Shown here piece after piece: positions 54,964-64,000 of a stretch of 64,000 nt of DNA. Position numbers and translations under genes: made by a program. Source of the DNA: an uncultured archaeon (GTDB lineage: Archaea > Thermoproteota > Bathyarchaeia > Bathyarchaeales > Bathycorpusculaceae). The notes under the pieces are model-generated. The model was given only the letters and a program-made list of their open reading frames with translations, made no database searches and had not been told where the DNA came from. Positions within the stretch are counted from its first letter, which is position 1. Each line of letters begins with the position of its first letter. The DNA lies in assembly GCA_963782915.1 (NCBI GenBank), contig CAWALK010000020.1, positions 160,001-224,000 on the forward strand. Direction: 5' to 3'.

Positions 54964-55323
54964 GTGTTAACTACGGATTGTATCGAAGGCTTAGAAATGC
55001 AGGTTGAACGCATACCCAAAAGGCAACTTGCCGCAGCATGGCAAACGCTGAGCAAAAAACCGTTTCCCAAAGTCAAGATGCTCAGGCTAAACGACGATGA
55101 CTTTAACCATGTCCTGCAGCATCGGCACTGTTTAGAGGATGACCTGCGGGAGATTGAGGAATGGGGCAGGGTGCTTTCAACTAAGGGTACGGATGCCTGC
55201 ATTTTTAATGCTGAAGACACCGACGACGCAGACTACATTATACTGGTTCGGAAAAATCCGTATCATAACTTGGAAGAGATTATTGTTCATGAACTGGGCC
55301 ATATTGCCAGAGGCGACCTCTAA
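54964..55323 (+). CDS. Small hypothetical protein with C-terminal HExxH motif
   Basis: IIVHELGHIA. Confidence 0.6.
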   Translation: MLTTDCIEGLEMQVERIPKRQLAAAWQTLSKKPFPKVKMLRLNDDDFNHVLQHRHCLEDDLREIEEWGRVLSTKGTDACIFNAEDTDDADYIILVRKNPYHNLEEIIVHELGHIARGDL

Positions 55324-56271
55324 CCCAACTTGTTGATAACTGATTCTTTGAATAGTCTAAGTCCTTCTGTGCTTGGCAAATCCGCGAAGTAAAGCATATA
55401 ATAAGTTACGCCTAAACTGGCATAAATCTGCAACTGAGAAATGCACTCATCAGGTGTACCAGCCAACGTGTACTGCTTGAAATCCTCAAGCGAAGTCCCC
55501 GCAGGTTTAAACTTAGCAACCTTTTCATCCAATTCTTCTTGGTTTTGGGCGATGAGTATTTGTCCGCTAGGCCAACAAGAACGCTCTATCTCACCAAAAT
55601 TTCTGCCCACAGCATCGCAGTGACTCTTCAGAACAGACAACTTATGCCTGTAAGCCTCGATTGAGGGCACAAAACCCCAGTCGAAACGGTCTGCATATTT
55701 GGCTGCTACTTTTAGGGTATGTTTTTCTCCGCTTCCACCGATGATGATTGGTGGACGGGGCTTCTGTTGGGGTTTGGGTTCGCAGACGGCGTCTTTTAGT
55801 GTGTAGTGTTTGCCTTGGTAAGTGGCTTTTTGGTATGTCCAAAGTCGTCTAATGACTTCTAACGCTTCTTCCAACTGGGCTATCCTGACAGTGGGTTTAG
55901 GAAAATCGAGGCCGTAAGCGAGGTGCTCGGCTTCTTGTATTCCTGAGCCAATGCCGAATTCCAAGCGTCCATTTGACAAAATATCCAGTGTTGCCGCGGT
56001 TTTTGCAAGCAACGCAGGATTATGATGCGCATTACAGGTAACCATGGTGCCGAGGCGTATTTTGCTGGTTGAAGCCGCCAATGCTGAGAGTGTGGTCCAG
56101 CATTCGAGAATAGCTGAGTCTTTGTACATGAGGTGGTCGTCGAGCCAAACGGAATCATAGCCCAAACGTTCACACTCCAAAACTACGGTTTTAAGTTGGG
56201 CTGTAGTACTCGTTGGGTTTAGATTGGAAAGCATAGAATGGCAGGAAGACACCGAATTTTTTTTGACCCAA
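55320..56271 (-). CDS. LLM-class (luciferase-like, probably F420-dependent) oxidoreductase; frameshift ~56200
   Basis: KFGVFLP N-terminus from TTG 56271, GYDSVWLDDH, IRLGTMV, GRLEFGIG, PIIIGGSGEK. Confidence 0.9.
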
Positions 56272-56447
56272 CAATTTTCAACCTTACAAGCCAATATCTG
56301 GCGCAGCCAAGTAATAGCCTTTAGCATCCAACCCTCCAAGGCACAAAAAATGTTGCATAAACACGATAAAATACTCGTATCAACCCAGATAAGTAATTAT
56401 AATTCATAAAACCTATTTTGTGTAAAATCGCAGTTTAAGTGATTGCC

Positions 56448-56942
56448 ATGCCGTCTAAACCGCCTTCTATTTTCGATTTGATGAATGAAGACGAGGAAGC
56501 ACTAAGCGAAGAAGAAGAGCGCAAGAAACGGCGAAAAGAACTAATTGAACCCACAGGCATCAAAGAACTTTTCAAAGACGGCAAAATCACCATCAACAAA
56601 TTCACCTGCGTCGGAGGCCAATGCAAACTCTGCATCAAAGCCTGCCCAACCAACGCGCTCTACTGGGGCACAGGCGAAGTCGGCATAATCGATGACCTCT
56701 GCGTTTACTGCGGAGCCTGCGTAGTCAACTGCATGGTGGATAACTGCATAAAAATCGAACGTGAACCTGACCAGGGAAAAACTGAACGCTTCAGCAAAAT
56801 CGGCGACGTGGTCAAGTTGGAGGAACGCAAGAACACCAAGAAACGTTTTGAGCGGGTAAAAAACAACGCTGCAACGATGCGGCGTGCACCCTTAGAGCAT
56901 AATAAAAAACAAACCCTGTACTCAGAAGTAGAGCCACTCTAA
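56448..56942 (+). CDS. 4Fe-4S dicluster protein
   Basis: CVGGQCKLCIKACP and CVYCGACVVNC. Confidence 0.85.
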   Translation: MPSKPPSIFDLMNEDEEALSEEEERKKRRKELIEPTGIKELFKDGKITINKFTCVGGQCKLCIKACPTNALYWGTGEVGIIDDLCVYCGACVVNCMVDNCIKIEREPDQGKTERFSKIGDVVKLEERKNTKKRFERVKNNAATMRRAPLEHNKKQTLYSEVEPL

Positions 56943-56944
56943 AC

Positions 56945-58294
56945 TTAAACAGCCGTTTTTGGTTTTTCCAAGGGTAAAGAAACGCTGAAAACCGTCCCTT
57001 TGCCAAGCTCACTTTTTACAATGATTTTTCCGCCATGAGCCTCGATTATACGTTTACAAATGGGTAAACCAAAACCCATTCCCTTAGCCTTGGTAGTAAA
57101 CAATGGCATCCATAACTTGCTCAAAGTCTCTTCGCTCATACCTGCACCTGTATCATGAAAAACAAAGACGACATAGCCAGCGGTCTTTTTGCTGGTGATG
57201 GTTAGTTTTCCGCCTTCGGGCATGGCGTCAAAAGAGTTCTTGATTATACCTGTGAAAGCTCGTTCGATTCGGTTGCTATCGAGGATGAGGGTTGGATGTG
57301 CGGTGGTTTTATCGATGATTTCTATGTTTGTTGGGGCTTTGATTTGGTTTAGTGAACGCATAAGTAACGTTTTAGGGTCTGACGGTGAAGGCTCTAAATT
57401 GATAACTTGGGAGTACTCGATTAAATCGTTAATGATTTTGTCTGAACGTTCGATGCAATCATCGATTACCTCTAGCATCTCAGTACAAGCGGGATTATTC
57501 TCATTAACTTTTTGTGTTTTAAGACAATAAACGGCGCCTCTAATGCCCTGCAAAGGATTGCGCAGATCATGACCAATAATCCCAGCTAACTCCCCAATTG
57601 CCGCCAACCTCTCAGCTTTAAGCAATCGCTCCTCCAGTTTTTGGAGGCTCTGGTTTGCTTCTTCAAGTTTCTTTTCTAAGACAATAAAAGATGGCAAACT
57701 GCTCGGAGTCACAGCGTCTGGCCTATGGAACATAAACGCAATGAATACCACTCCAAAAAGCGATAACATAACTGGTATATCTACTGAAGTGCCAAGATCC
57801 ATAACTACCCCTTCGAATAGGAAGCATAGAGTGGCAATCAAGAAGTTAAGGTCCGCACAATCTCGGCTTTTAAAGAAAATATAGACTAGAATCGGAACCG
57901 ACGTTCCCATAAACAAAATCATTAAGCCTAAACGTAGATAGGCAAATGGCAGCTGAGCAAAAAAGATAGCAAGAGACGCCAATGTTCCCGCCATAAAGAC
58001 GATGAAGGGTCCCTTGAAATTTTGCATCTTAAACAAACTGGATAACCGCAGCTATTACAACCGCAAAAGCCATCGGTACAAACAACCATTCACCAGAAAC
58101 AAAAAATGCAGTTCCACCTAAACTTTCCACTAAAGGCGCATAAAACCCAAAACCTGACAAGAATAACCCGATGGCAAAAACAAGTTTACGCAGATTTCTA
58201 TCCTTAAAATAGAGAAAGTTAGGATTCCTGAAAGTGTTAGAGAGGCAACTAAGGGGATGAATAGAAAGAGGCTGTCCTTTAATGCTTGATACAT
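56945..58294 (-). CDS. Membrane-bound sensor histidine kinase (N-terminal frameshifts)
   Basis: H-box GHDLRNPL, N-box KNSFDAM, DTGAGM, FTTK, GMGFGL; hydrophobic reading continues to ATG 58294. Confidence 0.88.
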
Positions 58295-58498
58295 CTATTT
58301 TCCTCTGCTGCCGATTTCTCTTCTGCCGCTACAGACACCTATTGCAGGTTAACCAATTAGTAATTTGTGCGTAGAGCAAATAACAGAAAACCAATCTCTT
58401 CTGCGAGTGATTAGAGCGCTAAGAAAACCGAAAAGTCAACAGGAAAACTGATAAGCAAAAACATTATTCTACAGCAACCACAAGGAAGAAACCTTCAA

Positions 58499-59515
58499 AT
58501 GAGTAAAACTTACACCATAGTCGCGCTTAAAGGAGACGGCATCGGACCAGAAGTCACCGAAGCCACCGTCAGAGTCCTTGAAGCTGTCCAGAAAAAATCC
58601 AATTTTAAACTTAACATAGTCTATGGCGAAGCAGGAGCTCACTGCATCCCACAATACGGCACTAACCTGCCCCAAGAGACAGTGGATCTTATCAAAAAAA
58701 GTGACGCATGCCTAAAAGGTCCCATGACTACACCTGAAGAAGCAGGCGCACCCGTGAGCGTCGCAGTCACCTTACGCAGAATGTTTAGCCTCTATGCGAA
58801 CGTTCGCCCATGCAGAACCTTCCCCAACGTTGAAGCCCTAAAACCCAACATAGACTTGGTTGTAGTTCGAGAAAACACTGAAGGCCTCTACAGCGGCGCA
58901 GAATCACTCTTAGCACCAGGCGTCGGCATAGCTCTCAGAATAATCACCCATGACGCTTCACTCAAAGTCGCAGACTTCGCCTTCAAACTCGCCATGCAAC
59001 GCAGAAAACACCTCACATACATCCACAAAGGCAACATCCTACGCATAACCGACGGCATATTCAAAGACGCAGTCAAAGAAGCCCAAAAGAACTACCCCGA
59101 AGTAGAAGTAGACGACCTACACATCGACGCAGCCACCATGCAACTCATCAAGCAACCCGAAAAATACGACGTCATGGTCACAACTAACCTCTTCGGCGAC
59201 ATCATATCTGACGAAGCCTCACAGGTTACAGGCGGCTTAGGCTTAGCAGCAGGCGCAAACATCGGCGAATCCTACGGCATGTTCGAACCAGTCCACGGCA
59301 GCGCACCAAAATACACAGGCATGAACCGGGTTAACCCAATCGCAACCATAATGGCAGGCGCAATGATGCTTGATTGGCTAGGCGAGAAAGCCGGCGCAAA
59401 GAAAATCGAAGACGCCGTAATCGCTGTGCTCAAAGAAGGCAAAGTAAGAACCGTCGATTTAGGCGGCAAAGCGACAGGCACAGAAATAACCGACGCTATT
59501 ATCGCAAAAATCTAA
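58499..59515 (+). CDS. Isocitrate/isopropylmalate dehydrogenase family enzyme (possibly isocitrate or homoisocitrate dehydrogenase)
   Basis: GDGIGPE, LKGPMTTP, RENTEG, HKGNI, NLFGDIISD, EPVHGSAPKY. Confidence 0.88.
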   Translation: MSKTYTIVALKGDGIGPEVTEATVRVLEAVQKKSNFKLNIVYGEAGAHCIPQYGTNLPQETVDLIKKSDACLKGPMTTPEEAGAPVSVAVTLRRMFSLYANVRPCRTFPNVEALKPNIDLVVVRENTEGLYSGAESLLAPGVGIALRIITHDASLKVADFAFKLAMQRRKHLTYIHKGNILRITDGIFKDAVKEAQKNYPEVEVDDLHIDAATMQLIKQPEKYDVMVTTNLFGDIISDEASQVTGGLGLAAGANIGESYGMFEPVHGSAPKYTGMNRVNPIATIMAGAMMLDWLGEKAGAKKIEDAVIAVLKEGKVRTVDLGGKATGTEITDAIIAKI

Positions 59516-59588
59516 GGCGATATAGCCCACAAATTTTCTTTTTTACTTTTATTTAACTTCCTTTTGCAAAACAAAAAATATTTTCCAA

Positions 59589-60440
59589 TTAAAATATTGC
59601 GGCTTGAACGGTAATAGCTGTGTTAGAGTCAACGTGAACCTCAACTGCCCCATTCTGCGTTTCCTTCACACGCGCGTTAACCAGCAGCAACCGTGGACTC
59701 TCCCTGAGCGCCTTCTCGATTTCCTCAACCTTCTCATTCCAGACAACCACAACTGCCTCTCCTGAATCATCTCTTAGAGCCAGCCGCATGACTACGCCGT
59801 CGGTGCCGTCGCTTTTAGGAAAAACGTTTTTACCATAAACCGCTTTCACCGTGCCCACAACATGTACGTTGCCTGAACTGCTGTTAAGACCGGATATTTT
59901 TGCGGTAAACTTTTCGAGTGGTGGATAATCACCGCTTTTAGCTCCAGGTTGGAGTTCAATTAGGCTTTTGGTGCCCAGATGCAACTCGGTTTTGCCATAG
60001 CGGTCCTCACGGGTGTAACCATGCAGCAGACGTACAGCCTGACCAGCCTTTAACTCGCCTTTTTCTACAATGTCAGCTCTTTCATTCCATAACATAACCC
60101 GCATGAGCCCATCATTATCGCCAAGCATTATAGTCGCGAATTTCCCCGATTTCTCTTGACCCTGAAAAGATTTAACCGGAAAAACCGCAACTAAGCGACC
60201 CGCAACCGTTACATCATACAATCCCGGAAACAGCTTGCTTGAAGACAACACACTACAGCTTTGGAAAACATTCTGCTGCACCACTACACCAAGTTTAGCA
60301 GCAATCAATCTTAGAAGCGTCTCATCACCCAACAATCCGCCCGTTCTGGCTTTTTCAGCTTCCAACCGCTCTAGTATCTGAGCTTGGTTAATCTGCGGAT
60401 TCTTCGCTTGAATCTCATCTATGAGGTCTTGGGTGGTCAT
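59589..60440 (-). CDS. OB-fold ssDNA-binding protein (RPA-like)
   Basis: N-terminal GGLL helical domain and two OB folds (GDNDG..RVMLW; RDDSGE..VVVW). Confidence 0.8.
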   Translation of the reverse strand: MTTQDLIDEIQAKNPQINQAQILERLEAEKARTGGLLGDETLLRLIAAKLGVVVQQNVFQSCSVLSSSKLFPGLYDVTVAGRLVAVFPVKSFQGQEKSGKFATIMLGDNDGLMRVMLWNERADIVEKGELKAGQAVRLLHGYTREDRYGKTELHLGTKSLIELQPGAKSGDYPPLEKFTAKISGLNSSSGNVHVVGTVKAVYGKNVFPKSDGTDGVVMRLALRDDSGEAVVVVWNEKVEEIEKALRESPRLLLVNARVKETQNGAVEVHVDSNTAITVQAAIF

Positions 60441-60557
60441 TTTTCGCCGACACGATAAAGCGGTGCGGCGCTTTTAATTTTTTGTGTTTCCAAGGGGTTT
60501 TCTGGTTATATTTATTAAAAGGGCTGTTCCACTGCATTTGGAGGCATTCACTGCATA

Positions 60558-60824
60558 ATGGCGGATTTGACTGTTTTTTATGCAATCGGCATAGCACTCG
60601 TTATAGTCGGGGTTGCTGTGATTGTTGCAGCCCTCATCCGCGCCTCGACCGGCAGCAGCAAAGGACAAAGCAGGGTGCGTGGTGCAGGCGTAATCATGAT
60701 TGGGCCTATTCCCATCATTTTTGGTACCGATAAAAAGTCAGTTAAAACTGTTTTGGCTTTGGCATTGTCGCTTTCGATTGTTTTCTTGATTATTTTGTTG
60801 GTTTACTATTGGTTGATTGGGTGA
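60558..60824 (+). CDS. DUF131 membrane protein
   Basis: GVIMIGPIPIIFG. Confidence 0.85.
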   Translation: MADLTVFYAIGIALVIVGVAVIVAALIRASTGSSKGQSRVRGAGVIMIGPIPIIFGTDKKSVKTVLALALSLSIVFLIILLVYYWLIG

Positions 60825-60827
60825 TTT

Positions 60828-61124
60828 ATGATGTTGAATGAACAAGATGAGGATGAGAGCATAGCGGTTTCCAGCAGACTGTTGGGTTTAGTGTTGTTGG
60901 GTATAACTTTGGTTTTTGTCGGTATCGCAGTAATAATTGTTGCAACCATAGTTTTGGGTGGTTCAGGCAGTGTAGGCGGAATAATTCTAATCGGCCCCAT
61001 CCCAATCGTTTTCGGTGCAGGCCCAGAAGCCGTCTGGTTAATCGCTATAAGCGTAATTTTATCTGTGATAAGTATAGTTTTATTCCTGATAATGAATAGG
61101 CGAGTAAGAAGAAAAGAAAAATAA
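60828..61124 (+). CDS. DUF131 membrane protein (tandem paralog)
   Basis: GIILIGPIPIVFG. Confidence 0.85.
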   Translation: MMLNEQDEDESIAVSSRLLGLVLLGITLVFVGIAVIIVATIVLGGSGSVGGIILIGPIPIVFGAGPEAVWLIAISVILSVISIVLFLIMNRRVRRKEK

Positions 61125-61131
61125 AACTGGC

Positions 61132-61254
61132 TTATTCCGGAGTAGTCTCTTCTTCTTTCCCGTAGTATGCGTACATGAAGATTAAGGCTATGGCAATGAA
61201 TATTGAGCCCATCAGAACGTACTGAAGGGTTAGGAAGTATGCGCTTATATCCAT
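61132..61254 (-). CDS. Small single-TM protein (40 aa), not in the ORF track
   Basis: MDISAYFLTLQYVLMGSIFIAIALIFMYAYYGKEEETTPE; AGAGGA RBS and TTTAAATA box upstream. Confidence 0.6.
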   Translation of the reverse strand: MDISAYFLTLQYVLMGSIFIAIALIFMYAYYGKEEETTPE

Positions 61255-61409
61255 CGAGGTTCCTCTGTATTTACTCTATTGTTGTAGCATCTTCATATTT
61301 AAATCTAAACCCAAAAGCCCTCTCTGAATAATGTTTTCACCTTTTGATGAAACACAAAACGGATCAGCCCAACCCAAGCAATGAATTGGTTAACCAGATC
61401 AACCCTAAC

Positions 61410-61826
61410 CTATTTCTCTACAAGCGGCTTTTTCCATTCATTCATGAGCATATCGTAGCATTCGTCGTTTTCTTCAAGCGTTTCAAACCAGCCTAGATTC
61501 TGCGCCAGCTTCTGAGTTAAGAGGTGATAGCACATATGGACTTTTTTATCGAGCACTCGGAAGTAGAAATCGTCGCATGTGCAGAATTCGGCTTCGGGCA
61601 TCGTGAGGTAGTCGCGTTCTCTGCCGATCACAATCCAAACGATTCTTCCGCTTGGCTTGAAAATGTATTTCTTCACTCTGTTCTCTTTGAGTGCATCAAG
61701 CGCCTTCGTAAACCGTTGCCCAAACAACTCGTAGAGTTCAGTGAGGTTATCACCCGACAGTTTCCCCGCTGCTTTAGCTTCTCTACAAATAGCGTTAAGC
61801 GTATCGATTTCGGAGTTGCTGCTCAT
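61410..61826 (-). CDS. SWIM zinc-finger protein
   Basis: FCTCDDF...MCYH. Confidence 0.82.
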   Translation of the reverse strand: MSSNSEIDTLNAICREAKAAGKLSGDNLTELYELFGQRFTKALDALKENRVKKYIFKPSGRIVWIVIGRERDYLTMPEAEFCTCDDFYFRVLDKKVHMCYHLLTQKLAQNLGWFETLEENDECYDMLMNEWKKPLVEK

Positions 61827-61867
61827 GGGTACACATGCTTAGTATGAGGGGATGTGAATTTAGGCTT

Positions 61868-62464
61868 TTAGCCTATGTTTATGGTTTCGCCTTTGGATTT
61901 GGATGGCTCAATTTTTGGTATAACGACTTCTAAGACGCCGTTTTTGTAGGTTGAAGCTGCCTCTTTCACTTTGACTTTAGTTGGCAGCTGGATTTCTTTG
62001 TAATATTTATTCTGGGATGTATCGACGGATATGTCCAGTGAATCTTCGGTGCCGTGCAGTTTAATGTCGGTTTTTTCTACGCCTGGCAATTCGACGACTA
62101 CGCGGATTTCTGTCTCGGTTTCAACGATGTCAACCAGCGGTTCGCGTTCTTCTTTAACTTCCGGCGGACCCTTCAAACCCTTTTTGATGTTGCCGAATTC
62201 CTGTATTTCGGGTTTGCCGTCGGGCCCGATTTTCATGCTGTAACCATAAACGAATGGTCCAAGCTCTTTTACGGTGCTGCCGTCGGGGAGTTTGCGTTCT
62301 TTAACGTATTCTTTGGGTACTTTGTCGGTGAAGTTTTTGAGTTCTTCATCCATCATTTTCTCCATTTCTTTGAACATGTTATCTATGTCGCCGAAGAAGG
62401 GGTCTTTTGATGTGTTGCGGCGTTTTTTGAACCATTCAGGAAAATCGTCATTATCTGAAGACAA
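61868..62464 (-). CDS. hsp20: Archaeal small heat-shock protein
   Basis: GPFVYGYSMKIGPDGKP, EREPLVD, ELPGVEK, YKNGVLEV. Confidence 0.93.
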   Translation of the reverse strand: MSSDNDDFPEWFKKRRNTSKDPFFGDIDNMFKEMEKMMDEELKNFTDKVPKEYVKERKLPDGSTVKELGPFVYGYSMKIGPDGKPEIQEFGNIKKGLKGPPEVKEEREPLVDIVETETEIRVVVELPGVEKTDIKLHGTEDSLDISVDTSQNKYYKEIQLPTKVKVKEAASTYKNGVLEVVIPKIEPSKSKGETINIG

Positions 62465-62768
62465 CTAACTCACCTGTTATTCTGTGCATCTTTCAATCCA
62501 ATAAATTTATTGATTAAAAATCGCCAAACAGAACTTACCCATCTGCAGAATCAAAGCTCCATAAAGGTTACTGAATTAAATTTCTAACAGGATCCAACTA
62601 TGCTCCGAGTCTCCGCATTCGCTTAAACTTTGAGTATACTGGCCCAAACTCCATTTTGCTCACACAGCGGCAACCAGAATCAACCAAAAAAACCTCATTG
62701 GCTTTTAAAAGTTTAAATGAAAGAATTCAGACTAAACAACCACGACGCTACTAAACCGTGGCGTTTGT

Positions 62769-62903
62769 GCCGGGGTAGCCTAGCCTGGCTAGGGCGCCAG
62801 ACTCATAATCTGGAGAACAAGTAGGGCCATACGCCCCTGTCCAGAAGTCGCGGGCTCGAAGCTATAATACAGCATTATGGCGAGAATCCCGCCCCCGGCA
62901 CCA
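62769..62903 (+). tRNA. Elongator tRNA-Met(CAT) with two non-canonical introns (62816-62846 at 45/46; 62861-62886 at 59/60) and encoded CCA
   Basis: Acceptor GCCGGGG/CCCCGGC, anticodon arm CCAGA-CTCATAA-TCTGG. Removing both BHB introns gives variable loop AGGTC and T arm GCGGG-CTCGAAT-CCCGC. Confidence 0.92.
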
Positions 62904-62924
62904 AACAATTTTCATTCTAAAATT

Positions 62925-63401
62925 CTAGAGTTGCTTGAGGTTCTGGGCAAACTCTTCTGCATGTTTTAGGTCTTCAGCGTCAGGTTTACCCTTGTTCATG
63001 CCGCCGAACACTTTAAGGAAACTGTTAGTGTTAAACCCGTGGCAATTAAACTCATCAACAATCGTGTAGCCTTTGGTTTGCAGTTTTTCCCTGAGTGCAG
63101 TGTGGATTTTAGCTTTGTATGTGGGGTTTGAGACTCCGCTGGTTGAGAAAATAAATACTTTCTTGTCGGTGACGTTGGGTAGTTGGTCGGCGAAGTCCAG
63201 CAGGGGTTTGTAGTGTTTTCCGCTATCAATCCCAGCGCCAAAACCGATCAGTCGATACTGTTGGAGTTCTTGGGGGTTTGCCTGCTGTGGCGTCACTATT
63301 TCTGCGTCAAGAACTTTAGCGAAAACCTCAGCTATTTTCTGAGTGTTATTGTGATGATACGAATATACAACTAATAGAGCTTTCATTATTTTCATTTCCA
63401 C
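62925..63401 (-). CDS. Flavodoxin family protein
   Basis: VYSYHHNNTQKIA, IGFGAGI, FIFSTSG. Confidence 0.87.
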   Translation of the reverse strand: MEMKIMKALLVVYSYHHNNTQKIAEVFAKVLDAEIVTPQQANPQELQQYRLIGFGAGIDSGKHYKPLLDFADQLPNVTDKKVFIFSTSGVSNPTYKAKIHTALREKLQTKGYTIVDEFNCHGFNTNSFLKVFGGMNKGKPDAEDLKHAEEFAQNLKQL

Positions 63402-63406
63402 GCTTT

Positions 63407-64000
63407 TTAACCGTAATATTGCTTTAGTGCTTTAAGTGCATTTAGAGTTATCCATTTGCTGTCTTCGCCCTTGCGCTCAATGTTAGCTTGGTATCTGCCG
63501 TTGAAGGTGTTCTCCAGTTTCCATCTCCCCAGCCTATCCTGTTTGGAGACGACGAGGTCAACGGCTTCCTGCATTCGTTCATCCCTAACTCCAAGCTTTG
63601 TTAGTACCCTCAGAATCTCCAATGCGTCTGTTTGATACATTAGGGGAAAACCGAAATGCAGCCACCCAGGCTTTGACACCTTGCTTAAATCGTGGCTTTT
63701 TTTGTAGATGTGATGTTTGAGGAAATATTCGGTGCCCTTTTGGATGGTGGTTTTAGTTTTGCTGTCCCTTTGATCGGCTGGAATTTCCGCGAGCGCCTTT
63801 AGGGCTTTTGCTGCGCCCATATGGCAACTATGCTTCCCAAAGCACATCTCGAATCTGTCGTATGGCCAACCCTTCGGTGCACCCTCTCCATCGGCATCAT
63901 CGAATCGCTGATAAGTCGATATCCAATTGATTGCATCTTGTACTCTTGGGTCTTCAAGGTACCCCAATCTGATTAGGCTCCAGACCATGTTGCCCGTTAG
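63407..64000 (-). CDS. Alpha/alpha-barrel (prenyltransferase/terpene-cyclase-like) protein, 5' end outside the window
   Basis: QW-like repeats (WISTYQRFDD, VVSKQDRLGRW), FGFPLMYQTD, SKWITL. Confidence 0.65.
   Translation of the reverse strand, partial: LTGNMVWSLIRLGYLEDPRVQDAINWISTYQRFDDADGEGAPKGWPYDRFEMCFGKHSCHMGAAKALKALAEIPADQRDSKTKTTIQKGTEYFLKHHIYKKSHDLSKVSKPGWLHFGFPLMYQTDALEILRVLTKLGVRDERMQEAVDLVVSKQDRLGRWKLENTFNGRYQANIERKGEDSKWITLNALKALKQYYG

Noticed and set aside
1095-58294. Frequent frameshifts in hom, thrC, carAB, ilvB, leuCD, aro genes, ilvD and others as mass pseudogenisation or programmed frameshifting
   Set aside because: They are single-base indels with intact catalytic motifs, no evident nonsense decay and no shared slippery motif. 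This fits uncorrected assembly errors best; read polishing would settle it.
1-64000. CRISPR array, cas genes, transposases, rRNA
   Set aside because: No regularly spaced repeats or recognisable motifs were found.
63407-64000. Nitrogenase-related call for the last ORF
   Set aside because: No NifH P-loop or Cys motifs in the visible part; it looks like an alpha/alpha-barrel protein.

Overview
Archaeal chromosomal segment. The gene content points to Bathyarchaeia (inference): PQQ-propeller surface proteins, the TDPYTG secreted family, the DKFP-type shikimate pathway and BHB tRNA introns. It is an amino-acid biosynthesis supercluster: thrC-hom-lysC; argG-argH-carA-carB; ilvB-ilvN-leuC-leuD-leuB-leuA-pheA; an 11-gene aromatic operon led by its own aspartokinase; a methanogen-type homocysteine module; cimA/leuA2; and ilvD. 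Many essential genes carry 1-3 single-base frameshifts, most likely assembly indels. The best candidate for an undescribed system is an unannotated 29-codon Phe/Tyr-rich leader ORF (MLNAKAKSEFNAAQFHSFDYGFYYYSYFP, 37013-37102, minus strand). It is followed directly by an 11-bp hairpin with a U-tract and sits in front of the aromatic operon, resembling a ribosome-sensed attenuator in an archaeon. Also notable: a dispersed ~200-bp intergenic repeat family (7 copies or fragments); a 3.3-kb island bounded by a 49-bp duplication of the cimA 5' end; an elongator tRNA-Met with two non-canonical BHB introns; and several unannotated small genes.
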